Part shown: one piece after another, positions 9,274 to 19,900 of the stretch
Numbering within the stretch: position 1 is the first letter of the stretch
Layout of the letters: each line of letters starts with the position of its first letter
Assembly: GCA_963717505.1 (NCBI GenBank)
Contig: OY970342.1
Location: forward strand, 608,001 to 672,000
DNA: 64,000 bases
Source: Candidatus Eiseniibacteriota bacterium
GTDB lineage: Bacteria > Eisenbacteria > RBG-16-71-46
Reading direction: 5' to 3'
Notes under the pieces: generated by a model
The model's database searches: none
Seen by the model: only the letters and a program-made list of their open reading frames with translations
What the model was told of the DNA's origin: nothing
Translations under genes and position numbers: made by a program

Positions 9274-11708
9274 TCCGCGTGCTCCCGCGCCCGCAACGCT
9301 TTCAGCAGCCTCTCCGGGGTCACCGGGATCTCGTTGACCCACACGCCGGTCGCATGCGCGATCGCAGCGACCACCGCCGGCGCCGGCGTGTCCATCGGCA
9401 GCTCGCCGACGCCCTTGGCCCCGAACGGTCCGTGGCTGTAGGGCACCTCGACGATTTCGACGTCCATCGGCGGCGCGTCCATCGCCGTCGGAATGATGTA
9501 GTTGGTCAGCTGGTGGTTCCAGACCCGGCCGTTCTGCCAGCGCACGTCCTCGAGCAGCGCCCAGCCCAGACCCTGAAGCGTGCCGCCCTCGATTTGGCCC
9601 GCGGCCAGCACCGGGTGAATCGCACGACCGATGTCCTGGGCAGTCACGACTTTGACGACGCGGGTCTCGCCGGTGTCGAGGTCGACCTCGACTTCGACCG
9701 TACACGCGGCGTAGGAGAACACGCCGTAGGCGTCGCCCCGATAGTGGTCGTCGTCCCAGGCGATCTTCGGCGGTTTCCGGTAGCGCTGCTCGACGCGCAG
9801 CGGGCCGCGCTGGGCGAGAAAACGACGAGCCGTGCGTTCGAAGTCCGCGGCGTCGCGCAGCGGGCGCTCGATGAACAACTCGAGCCGTTCGCGCATCGCG
9901 TTCGCACAACGCTCGAGCAGTCCGCCGACCACCATGCAGGTGCGCGAGGCCACGGTTGGCCCGCTGTCAGGCACGAGCCCGGTGTCGGGCTCCTCGACCA
10001 CGATCCAGGCCGGCGGCACGCCGAGCCGCTCTGCCACGATCTGGGCGAACATGGTGATCGTCCCCTGGCCGATTTCGGTGTTCGCGGTCAGCACGCGCGG
10101 CCGGCCGTCGGGTGTCAGGTCGAGTGCCGCGCGCGAGTCGAGCTTGACCTCGCCGCTGCCGGTGAATCCCGAGCCGTGGTAGACCAGCGAGAATCCGAGC
10201 CCACGCCGCACGCGGCGGGCGGGCGAGGCCGAGCTGCTCGGCGGAGTTCCCAGCGCGCCCGCGGTTCCGTGCGCCATGAACGCAGATCGCGGCAATGCGC
10301 CGTTCGCGCGCCCGCGGGCAACCCGCGCCGATTCCTCCGCACGTTCGGCCGCCCGATTCGCGCATTCGCATTCGCGTCGCAGCATCTTCCACCCGCTCCG
10401 GCGTAACGTGCGCTCGAGTACCTCGTGCGCGCCCACGCTTTCAGTCAGCGTCTGGCCGGTGGGCGTGACGTCGCCGACCCGGTAGGCGTTCCTCCGGCGC
10501 AGCTCCGCGGGATCGAGATCGAGACGCGCCGCAATCCGATCCATCTGGCACTCCATGGCGAACTGGGTCTGCGGCGCGCCGAACCCGCGGAAGGCACCAT
10601 TGGGCGGCGTGTTGGTCGCCACCGCGCGCGCCCGGATCGCGACGTTCGGGCAACGGTACGGGCCACCGGCATGGATCGCGCCGCGCGAAAGCACCACCGG
10701 CGACAACGTCACGTAGGCGCCGCCGTCCATCACGATCGCGATGTCGTTCGCGACCAATGTGCCGTCGCGATCGAGACCGGAGCGAATCCGGACCCACGCC
10801 GGGTGGCGCTTGGTGGTGGCCGCGATGTCCTCGAGCCGGTCGTAGACGATCTTGACCGGACGCCGGCTCTTCCACGCCAGCAACGCGGCGTGTCCGCCGA
10901 TCATCGACGGATACTCCTCCTTGCCGCCGAACCCGCCGCCGGTGACCGTCTGGACCACACGCACCCGGTCGTCCTCGAGCCCGAAGATTCGGGTCAATGC
11001 ACGATGGACGTAGTAGGGACATTGGAGCGAGCCACGCACCAGCAGGCTGTCTTCACTCGTACGCTCGGCGAGCATGCCGTTGGTCTCGATGTAGAGCTGT
11101 TCCTGGTGCCCGCAGCGATACTCGCCTTCGACCACGACGGCGGCGGCGGCGAATCCGGCGTCGAGGTCGCCGCGCTCGATGGCGATCGACTTGAACACAT
11201 TGTCGTCACCGTAGACTTTGGCCTCCCGGGCCAGGGACGCCTCGATGGTCAGCACCGGATCGAGCGGTTGGTACTCGATACGCACCGCGCGCACCGCAGC
11301 CTCGGCGCGCTCCGGGTCCTCGTGCGCGACCAGCAGGATCGGCTCGTCGGCGTGGCGGACTTCGTTGGCCGCGAGCAACGGCTGGTCGTCGGAGATCAGC
11401 GCGACGACGTTCTCTCCGGGAATGTCCCGGTGATCCGCAACGACGACGCCCGTCCAGTCGAATGCGGGATCGCGCTCGATCCTGGTGATGCGCCCGCGCG
11501 CGATCGTCGAGCGCACCGTGCGTCCGTGGAGGACGCCGGGAACGTCGAGGTCGTCCAGGTAGCGTGCGCGGCCGGTGACCTTGTCGTGGCCTTCGAGCCG
11601 CGGCACGCTCGCTCCAACCACCGGTGGCCGCCGGACGACCGTTGCGATGGCGCGACCGGACTTCGCAGTACCGCGGACCTTGGATTGAGTGACGTTGCGG
11701 CGAACCAT
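9270..11708 (-). CDS. xdhA: Xanthine dehydrogenase family molybdopterin-binding subunit (CoxL/PucD-like)
   Basis: GGGFGGKE, AFRGFG, GPTVASR, GQIEGG, AKGVGE; located in a purine catabolism cluster. Confidence 0.92.
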   Translation of the reverse strand: MVRRNVTQSKVRGTAKSGRAIATVVRRPPVVGASVPRLEGHDKVTGRARYLDDLDVPGVLHGRTVRSTIARGRITRIERDPAFDWTGVVVADHRDIPGENVVALISDDQPLLAANEVRHADEPILLVAHEDPERAEAAVRAVRIEYQPLDPVLTIEASLAREAKVYGDDNVFKSIAIERGDLDAGFAAAAVVVEGEYRCGHQEQLYIETNGMLAERTSEDSLLVRGSLQCPYYVHRALTRIFGLEDDRVRVVQTVTGGGFGGKEEYPSMIGGHAALLAWKSRRPVKIVYDRLEDIAATTKRHPAWVRIRSGLDRDGTLVANDIAIVMDGGAYVTLSPVVLSRGAIHAGGPYRCPNVAIRARAVATNTPPNGAFRGFGAPQTQFAMECQMDRIAARLDLDPAELRRRNAYRVGDVTPTGQTLTESVGAHEVLERTLRRSGWKMLRRECECANRAAERAEESARVARGRANGALPRSAFMAHGTAGALGTPPSSSASPARRVRRGLGFSLVYHGSGFTGSGEVKLDSRAALDLTPDGRPRVLTANTEIGQGTITMFAQIVAERLGVPPAWIVVEEPDTGLVPDSGPTVASRTCMVVGGLLERCANAMRERLELFIERPLRDAADFERTARRFLAQRGPLRVEQRYRKPPKIAWDDDHYRGDAYGVFSYAACTVEVEVDLDTGETRVVKVVTAQDIGRAIHPVLAAGQIEGGTLQGLGWALLEDVRWQNGRVWNHQLTNYIIPTAMDAPPMDVEIVEVPYSHGPFGAKGVGELPMDTPAPAVVAAIAHATGVWVNEIPVTPERLLKALRAREHAE

Positions 11709-11819
11709 GAGCGGAATCTAGGACGGATTGCGTGCGGTGACCAGCGAACCGGTCGTGATTCGTCACCAAAAGAGAAACGCCGGGGAGTTCTTCCCCGGCG
11801 TCTCGGACGACTCAGTGCG

Positions 11820-12260
11820 TCAGCGCTTGTCGCGGCCGGTACCGCTCGCCCCGCTGGCGGCGACTTGGGCGCCGCGCGCCTTCACGAGCCCCGGGGGTCC
11901 GCCATTCGGATGGTTGCGCCAGCGCTCGGGGGGAACGCGGAGCACGACCGTGGGCACGACCCGCACGTCGACTACACGATAAGGACCGGCATTCGTCGCC
12001 GAGCGATACCAGTAGCCTCGTGCGTAGAGGTACCAGGCGCCGCCGTAGCGGAACAGATCCCACTCGAAATTCCCGTCGGCGACCGCCTGGACGCGCGTTT
12101 GCCCAATGAGCACCAGCCTCGGCTCAGCGTTCAGTTCGACTCGCGGCGCCAGAGGGGCATTGGTGACACCGATGTCGAAGCCAAAGTATGTGCGATCCTC
12201 GGCGTGCGCCGCGGAAACCAGCGCCACCAGGGTCAGGATGACGAGCGTCGTGCGTCTCAT
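11820..12260 (-). CDS. Secreted hypothetical protein
   Basis: Signal peptide MRRTTLVILTLVALVSAAHA; aromatic WYLYARGYWY segment; GGPPGLVK tail; GGAGG SD. Confidence 0.75.
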   Translation of the reverse strand: MRRTTLVILTLVALVSAAHAEDRTYFGFDIGVTNAPLAPRVELNAEPRLVLIGQTRVQAVADGNFEWDLFRYGGAWYLYARGYWYRSATNAGPYRVVDVRVVPTVVLRVPPERWRNHPNGGPPGLVKARGAQVAASGASGTGRDKR

Positions 12261-12322
12261 TCGGTCCTCCCGAATCAGGCCACTTGCCGGCTACACGAGC
12301 CGGAAGCCACAGGCCCAGTGAC

Positions 12323-12337
12323 GCAGGCAACGTGCCA
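12323..12337 (-). promoter_or_regulatory. Putative sigma54 (-24/-12) promoter
   Basis: Minus strand TGGCACGTTGCCTGC (GG-N10-GC), about 60 nt upstream of ATG 12260. Confidence 0.6.
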
Positions 12338-12523
12338 TCGGCCGCAAAGGCCGTACTGGTGCCGACTCCGGGGCTTTTGACCCGGAAATCCCGTGCGCGG
12401 GGGGGCCTCGACTCTGCATTGCGCACGCCGAAATCGCGGTACGGGCGGAGTGCGTCGAGAGGGTTCGCGTCGCGAACCCGATCCGAATAGAGTGACGCGC
12501 CTCTAACTGGGGAGATTGACCCC

Positions 12524-14014
12524 GTGCCCGATCTGTTGAACCCGCATTCGCTTGACGAGATTCTCGAGCGCCTGGCGCAGGCCAACCGGCGTTTCACCGA
12601 GGAACACCCGGGGGATCGTCCCGACCGCCAGCCGGTTCATACCGTGTACGGCGGTGCTCATTTATTCACGGCCGACACTGCCCCTCGACTCGGCGCCGCC
12701 GCCCTGCGCTCTTTGGAAGAATTTGCACCCGACGCCGTAATTCTTTCTCGAGCCCTGGGGCTCCCCGAAATTCCGCTTCCCTCCGGGAAGCGCGAACCAG
12801 CCGCCCGGATGAAGGGCGTGCACCCGCGACTCAACACTCCGGGATCGGGTCAGAAGCCCGCGGCCCCGACCACCCGCGCCTCGTCGTCGCCCGCCGGCCC
12901 GGCGCCCCCGGCCACCCTGGCCGAAGCGGTCTACTCGCGCGTGGTCGACAAACTCCAGATCGAACCGGTCGAGGACTTTCGCATCGACTTCGAGGATGGC
13001 TACGGCAATCGCTCGGACTCCGAGGAGGACGGCCACGCCGAAGCCGCAGCGGCCGCCGTGGCAAAGGGACTCGCCGACCGGACGTTGCCCGCGTTCATCG
13101 GCATCCGCATCAAGCCGCTCACCGACGAACTTCATCGTCGCAGCCTGCGCACGCTCGAGCGGTTCGTGACCACGCTGCTCAAGTCCAGCTCGGGTGTGCT
13201 GCCGCCGCGATTCGTCGTGACCCTGCCCAAGGTGACGGTGCCGGCGCAGGTGAGCGCCCTGGTCGAGGCGTTCGGCGTGCTCGAGCGTGGCGCTGGTCTC
13301 TTCCCCAACACCCTGCGGCTCGAGCTGATGATCGAGACGCCACAGTCGGTGATCGCGCCCAACGGCACGTTCATGATTCCGGCGCTGCTCGAAGCGGCGC
13401 ATGGCCGCTGCCGGGGACTCCACTTTGGCACCTACGACTACACCGCCGGGGTCGGCATCACCGCAATGCACCAGGTGCCTTCGCATCCTGCCTGCGACTT
13501 TGCCCGCCACGTGATGCAGGTGTGCGCCGCGGGCTCGGGCGTGACCTTGTCGGACGGCGCGACTACGGTGATGCCGGTCGCACCGCATCGTCGCGGCCCA
13601 GGGCGCGCCGCTGACCGACGCGCAGATCGACGAGAATCGCGCCGCGGTGCATCGCGCATGGAAGGTCCATTACGATGACGTACGTTCGTCTCTGCGCAAT
13701 GCTTACTATCAGGGCTGGGACTTACACCCGGCCCAGTTGCCGACCCGCTACGCCGCGGTCTACACGTTCTTTCTCGAGGCGCGCAACGAAGCGGCGACGC
13801 GCTGCGCCAGTTCATCGAGCGCGCCGCCCAGGCGACGCTGCTCGGCAACGTGTTCGACGACGCCGCGACCGGCCAGGGGCTCTTGAACTTCTTCCTGCGC
13901 GGAATCAACTGTGGCGCATTCACCGACGATGACGTGCCGGCCACCGGTCTCACGCACGACGAGTTGCAGTTGCGTTCGTTCGTGAAGATCCTGGCGCGTC
14001 GCCGCGGCGAGTGA
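12524..14014 (+). CDS. DUF6986 / HpcH-HpaI aldolase-citrate lyase family protein, broken by two compensating single-base indels
   Basis: RQPVHTVYGGAHLF, EDFRIDFEDGYG, HFGTYDYTA, LSDGAT; +1 shift near 13591 gives ...ENRAAVHRAW...YQGWDLHPAQL; -1 shift near 13801 gives LRQFIERAAQATLLGNVFDDAATGQGLLNFFLRG...RRRGE, stop at 14014. Confidence 0.8.
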
Positions 14015-14129
14015 CGGCTCAATCGATAACGACGGGGTTGGCACGAGAGGCGTCGCACGAAATGCTCCCGAACGCTTCGAGATCTCTCTTGAAGAGCCGG
14101 ATCCGTTCGATACGAATCCTCGGCCGCCG

Positions 14130-16631
14130 TTATCGGGCGAGGACCACCTTGCGCGCACGCGTCGCCCCCAATGCCTCGAGCCGCACGAAGTAGATGCCCA
14201 TGCGAACGCGGCCGCCCGCCGCGTCGGTTCCGTCCCACGTGATCTCCTGCTCGCCCGCCGGCATTTGTCCTTCTGCCAGGCGAATGACGTGCCGGCCACC
14301 GAGATCGTAGATATCGAGCCGCACCGATCCCGCACTCGGCAACCCGAAGCGGAAACGCGTCGATGTGCTGAAGGGGTTGGGGACGCTGGGCGCGAGCGAA
14401 AGCTCCACGGGCGGCGTCGCCGCGCGGGCGCCGTCCCACCGCGCGATGTTGTACGAGGGTCGTCCGCCCGCGGTATTGAAGTGGCCGCCGATGTGGAGCT
14501 CGTCGCCCGCGGCGTGGAATGCGAGCACGTTGGCGAGCAGGGGACTTCCGACGGCGTCGAGTCCGTCACCGAGCGCCGACCATGCGGAGCCGTCCCAGCG
14601 CGCGATATGCCGGGCCGGAACGTTTCCGGCCACCATGAACCGTCCCCCCACGACGACGTCGGAGCCGAACGAGCCCACGGCGCTGACCTGATCGTCGAGG
14701 CCGGAGCCGAGCGCGCTCCACGAGCTGCCATTCCACCGGGCAACGCGATGAGCCGCGATGCCACCCGCATGGGTGAAGCGCCCGCCGACGAACAACGCGT
14801 CGTCGTGCACGACCGCCGAGCGCACCCAGTCGTCGGTTCCCGAGCCGAGCGGCCCCCACCCGCTTCCGTTCCAGCGTGCGACGTGATTCGCCTGGGCGCC
14901 TCCCGCGACGGTGAACAGCCCGCCGGCGATCAGCTCACCGCGGTAGACGAGCAGCACGTCGACCGCGTCGTTCGTACCTGCCCCGAGGGGGCTCCACGAG
15001 GTCCCGTCCCAGCGCGCAACGTTCGGGGCGGCAGTGCCCCCGGCGACGGCGAACACCCCTCCAGCGATCAACTCGCCGTCGTGGATGGCCAACGCGTCCA
15101 CCGGGCCGTCGGTCCCAGTACCGAGCGGACTCCAAACCTGACCGTCCCACCGCGCGACGTAGTTCGCGGGAACGCCTCCGATTTCGGTGAACGAGCCGGC
15201 GGCGACGAGGTCGCCCTGGTAAACGATGAGCGCGGCGACGTCGGGCGTCTCTACGCTCGAGCTGACGAACGGTTCGAACACGTTCATCCAAATGCCGTCC
15301 CACGCGCGCAGGTCGACACTCGACAGGGCGCTCGTCTGCCGGTGCGCGAGGCGCCCGCCCACGATCAGCCGGCCGTCGAACTCCGCGAAGCACGACACCC
15401 ACGACACGTAATAGTTGTCGCTCAACCCCGCGCCGAACGGGAGCCACCCGGTGCCGTCCCATGCCGCGAGATTGACGGCCATGACATCGGGCGTCATGTC
15501 GAAGAAACCCGCGGCCACGAGCAGCGTGTCGTGTGCGGCGAGCGACAGGTAGACCGGCGGGCTGGTCGTCGACTGCGTGCGTCCCGACCGCGATGGCAGC
15601 GGCGCCCACGCGGCCCCGTCCCACGTGGCGATCGCTTCGGCGGGCTGGCCGCCGGCGCTCGCGAAGTCGCCGCCCGCCACGAGACGTCCCTCGAACACGG
15701 CGAGGCCGTATGCCCGGGAGTCCACGCCCGCGCCGAGCGCGGACCACGTCGCGCCGTTCCACGCGGCGATGCCCATGGCGGGCGTTCCGCCCGCATGCGT
15801 GAACCACCCGCCGGCGACGAGCGAATCGCCGAACACCGCGAGGTCCGCCACTGTGCCCTGAATTCCTCCCGTGAGCCCGCCTCCGAGCGCTCGCCATGCC
15901 GATCCGTCCCACGCGGCGATGTTGCTCACGGCGACGCCGCCGGCCTGCGTGAACGTTCCCGCGGCAACAAGCTCGCCCCCGTACACGGCGAACGCCTGCG
16001 GCACGCCGTCGAGGCCTCCGCCCGGGAGTGCGCTCCACGCGCTGCCGTCCCACGCCGCCATGTGCGCGGCGGGCTGGAGGTCCGCCGACGTGAACGCTCC
16101 GCCCGCGATCAGCGTGCCCTGGTAGACGCCCACCGCCTGCGCTCCGTCGTCGAAGCCGAAGCCCATGGCATGCCACGCCGTGCCGTCCCAGCGCGCGACG
16201 TTCGAGACGGGAACGCCACCCGCGCGATCGAAGCTGCCCACCACGACGAGTTCGTCGTCGTAGACCGTCATGGCGACGACCACTCCGCGGAGCGAGACGT
16301 TGCTTTGAAACAGGCCAGCGCCCAGAGAACGCCAGGCGACGCCATCCCAGCGGGCGATGAAGCCAGCGGGGGTCCCGCCGATGGCGGTGAACTCGCCGCC
16401 GACGACGATTTCACCCCGAAAGGTGGCGATCGAGTAGATCGTGCCTTCGACGCCCGGCCAGCCGAAGCCGTCGGCCCATCCGTCGGCTGCCGCCGCGGGC
16501 GCCTCGAGAGCGAGACTCAGCAGCAGCGCTGCCGCGATCGCGTGGCGACGATGCGCCGTCCGCGGCGCGTGCGGACGCAACGGTGTCGGCGCGGCGGCCG
16601 GCCTGTCTTGCAGTGAGAAAGAAGAAGCCAT
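14130..16631 (-). CDS. Secreted double beta-propeller repeat protein with FlgD-Ig/T9SS-like C-terminal domain
   Basis: 14 repeats of about 50 aa (GGxFTxAGGxxAxxIARWDGxxWxxLG); tail PNPF...IYDLGGR...WDG...GIYFVRL. Confidence 0.88.
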   Translation of the reverse strand: MASSFSLQDRPAAAPTPLRPHAPRTAHRRHAIAAALLLSLALEAPAAAADGWADGFGWPGVEGTIYSIATFRGEIVVGGEFTAIGGTPAGFIARWDGVAWRSLGAGLFQSNVSLRGVVVAMTVYDDELVVVGSFDRAGGVPVSNVARWDGTAWHAMGFGFDDGAQAVGVYQGTLIAGGAFTSADLQPAAHMAAWDGSAWSALPGGGLDGVPQAFAVYGGELVAAGTFTQAGGVAVSNIAAWDGSAWRALGGGLTGGIQGTVADLAVFGDSLVAGGWFTHAGGTPAMGIAAWNGATWSALGAGVDSRAYGLAVFEGRLVAGGDFASAGGQPAEAIATWDGAAWAPLPSRSGRTQSTTSPPVYLSLAAHDTLLVAAGFFDMTPDVMAVNLAAWDGTGWLPFGAGLSDNYYVSWVSCFAEFDGRLIVGGRLAHRQTSALSSVDLRAWDGIWMNVFEPFVSSSVETPDVAALIVYQGDLVAAGSFTEIGGVPANYVARWDGQVWSPLGTGTDGPVDALAIHDGELIAGGVFAVAGGTAAPNVARWDGTSWSPLGAGTNDAVDVLLVYRGELIAGGLFTVAGGAQANHVARWNGSGWGPLGSGTDDWVRSAVVHDDALFVGGRFTHAGGIAAHRVARWNGSSWSALGSGLDDQVSAVGSFGSDVVVGGRFMVAGNVPARHIARWDGSAWSALGDGLDAVGSPLLANVLAFHAAGDELHIGGHFNTAGGRPSYNIARWDGARAATPPVELSLAPSVPNPFSTSTRFRFGLPSAGSVRLDIYDLGGRHVIRLAEGQMPAGEQEITWDGTDAAGGRVRMGIYFVRLEALGATRARKVVLAR

Positions 16632-16936
16632 CGAGGAACGATGGTCGCACAGATGGCTCGCTGGACCGGAATCGCGGCGCGATCACCTGGCTCCCGGCAT
16701 CGGCAACCCCCCGTCGGTCATCAGCACGTGGGCCCCGGTGGTCGGGGCATGACGCGGGTTCACGCCGGCGCTTTCGTGGACGACACGAGTGCCCAACACC
16801 TCGAGGAACTTGGACAGCCAGGCCGGATGGGTCTCGATCGTGCCGTCAAGATCACCGCCGGAATACACCTCAATCTGTCGGCGAGCCGACCGAGCTGGCC
16901 AATGGACTGAGCGGCGGCCCCGGCGTGATGGCCCCA

Positions 16937-19900
16937 CTACTCGAGAATCACGAACCTCCCCTGCCGGACACCATCTGCCGACTCGATGCGATAGAAGTAG
17001 ACGCCGGCCGCGATCGGCTCCCCACGCGCGTCGCGCCGCTCGATCATCAGGTGATGCGTCCCCGCCTGCGCTTCCGGATCGTGCACCAGGGATCGCACGC
17101 GGCGTCCATTCACGTCGTAGATTCCGACCTTGAGGAGCCCGGATTCCGCCAGCGACCACGACAGCGTCGCGCGTTCGCGAATCGGATTGGGGAACATGGT
17201 CGGCCGCTCGAGCACGTAACTGCCACCGGCCGCGAAGCGTTCGGCGGCCGGGATCGTCTGCGGATAGCGGATTGAAAGGTCGTCCACCATGAACGAGGTG
17301 CCGGGAGTCGAAGGATCGCACTCGATGCGCAGGTCGAACGACGATCCGGCCGCTTCGGAGACGCGCTCGACGACGACTTGCTGCCAGTCGTTGGTGAGCA
17401 GCAGCTCGCCGGACAGCGTGGAGCTGCCGACTTTGACGTTCTGGACGTATTCGTTCACTCGCAGCACGCCCTTGCCGGCGCCGGTCACCGCTCGCATCCA
17501 GCACGTGAAGCGGAAACGCTCGCCCGAGTTGGTGCCGGTGTACGCGACCCAGTTCGGATAGTCGTTGACGCCGAAGGTGGTGGCGGGGTCCGGCGAATGC
17601 ACCAGGAGGGCGCCCGGCGACGACGATCGCCCGGGTGAGGTCCACTCGCGCCATCCGCCCCGGTGCTCGCGCCATCGCGAGATATTGTTCGCATCGAAGT
17701 CGACGAGCATGGTGCGCGGATCGGGCGGCGCCGCGGCCACCCGAATTCGAGCGGTCGCGATTCCATCCACCTGGCTGCGGGCTCGGAACGTGACGGAGTA
17801 GTCCCACGCCGCGTCCTCCGGCTGCGGCGTCCAGAGGAGCACGCCGCGCGAGAAATCAGGTTCAGCCGTGAACGTCGCGTCGCTCAGCATCGGCAGCCCC
17901 GAGAGATCGGCCTCGAACGCCACGAGCGGAGGTCCACCGCTCGCCGCCGCGGTCACCACGATCTCGACGGGCGTGCCGACCGTCGCCTCGACCAGCTCCG
18001 GCGAGGTCACCAACGGGCCAACACCCTGTTCCCGAATCGAAATATCGTCTACCAGCACCTCGGCATCCGATACCGATGGATCGAAGATGAACTGGAAGTC
18101 GAGCGAGGTGCCTGCCTCGAGGCTCGTGACTTCGCACGACATTCGTTGCCATTGGGGAGTGAGGGAAACCTGCGGCGAAGTCGCGGTCTGCAGGCTGGTC
18201 TCGCCCTGGTACTCCTTGACGCGCAGCCGCGCGCTGACACCAGCGGGCGCCTTGATCCATGCCTTGAACCTGTAGACGCTGCCGGCACTTGGGGTCGAGG
18301 CCACGTGGTTCGGCCGGTCGTTGAGGTCGAAGCGATGGAACGAGGTAGCAGGGCGAACTCTCATCGCAAAGTCACCGGTGCGCGCGCGCGAGGACCGATC
18401 AACAGTGGCCTCCACCGGGCGCCAGGCGACCACCGAATGTTCGAACGACGGATCCGCGACCAGATTCGGTCCTTCCATGATCGCGGGTGCACCGACCTGG
18501 AAGATCTCGATGGATGTCGCGGTGCCGCCGGGGGACACGACGGCGATCGGCCCGTCCACGGCGCCGGCGGGCACCGTCGCCAGGATGTGTTCGTCGCTCT
18601 CGACCTCGAACGCCGCCTCCACCGCGCCGAATCGCACCGAGGTCACACCAGTGAAATGTTGGCCTGCGATCGACACCGGACGTCCCGGGAGATCTCGCGT
18701 GGGCTCGAATAGGGATATCTCGGGCAGGACGGGCCCGGGGACGGACTGCCAGAACGCGACGGCGCTGTGGAGCGGCACCGTCAGCACCGGGTCATTGCCC
18801 CGCTCGGGGGGCTGGAACAACTGGATCTCGTCGAGCGTGATCTGCCTCGGCACGTCGCAGCCCGAGCACGCTCCCGAGCCTACAGTCTTGCTACGCATCA
18901 GACGAACCTTGAACGCGTAGTACTCGAGGTCGGCATTCACCGGCCCCCGGTTCTCGAAGGGAACCGCCATCTGGACGCGGAGGCGCGACGTCGTCGCGTC
19001 GCCCCAGCTGACATCGTAGGCAAACCCGCCCGCGGCCGTGCCGTGCCAGAAGTCCTCGCACGCCACACCCCAGCCATCGAACGACGTCGCGAGCCCATTG
19101 AAGCCCCGGCACAAACCGGCGCCGAATTGCCACCAGTCGGGCAGCGCATCACCCGTGATGCGCAGCGTAGCCGAAAGACCGAGGAACTCGACCAGTCCAG
19201 GAGGCGGCGCGAACGATGCGACCAGCGAGAACGGGTCGCCAGTGTTCGTGTCGCAGGCGAAACTCTGGACGGAGGTCCCGGCGGCCCCGCAGTCGTTCCA
19301 CGCCACGTTGATCCCGCCATTGAGGAACTCGCCGACCAGAAACTCTTGGCTCGAGGTGCCGGTGCCCGCAGCATTGGCCACCGAGACTGGGCCCGAAGTC
19401 GCACCGTAGGGAACGGTCGCGCGGATCGCCTCGCCGGAGATGGCGGCGAATACCGCCGGAACGCCGTTGAACTGAACCTCGGTCGCTCCCGCGAAATTGT
19501 AGCCGCGGATCTCGATCTCGGTCCCAGCCTGAGCGTACGCGGGAGCGAATCCGGTCACGACCGGAGGCGCCGTGAAGGATTCGATACTGGTTGCCGTGCC
19601 GAACAGCGTCGTGACTACGATCGGCCCGGTTCTCGCACCTTGGGGAACTACGGCATCGATTCGCGAGTCAGAGACCACCGCGAACATCGCCGGCGTTCCA
19701 CCGAACGCGACCGCCGTGGCGCCGGTGAACCTCGCACCTTCGATCACCACCGGAGTTCCGATCACCGCGGCCTGCGGAGAGAACGACGACACGACCGGTG
19801 GTGACCCGATCGCCAGTGCCGTCGCCGACGTGGTGAAGCCGGCCGGATTCTCGACTCGGATCAGACCGGTCACCGCCGAGCCCGGCACCTCGAAGCTCAG

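Noticed and set aside
7739-11708. Aerobic CO dehydrogenase (cox) assignment
   Set aside because: Lacks the AYxCSFR active-site loop (has AFRGFG instead) and lies in a purine catabolism context
13585-13805. Programmed frameshifting in the DUF6986 gene
   Set aside because: No slippery heptamer or homopolymer; two compensating indels are better explained as sequence error
14039-14053. TGGCACG motif after the DUF6986 gene
   Set aside because: Lacks the -12 GC and there is no downstream plus-strand gene
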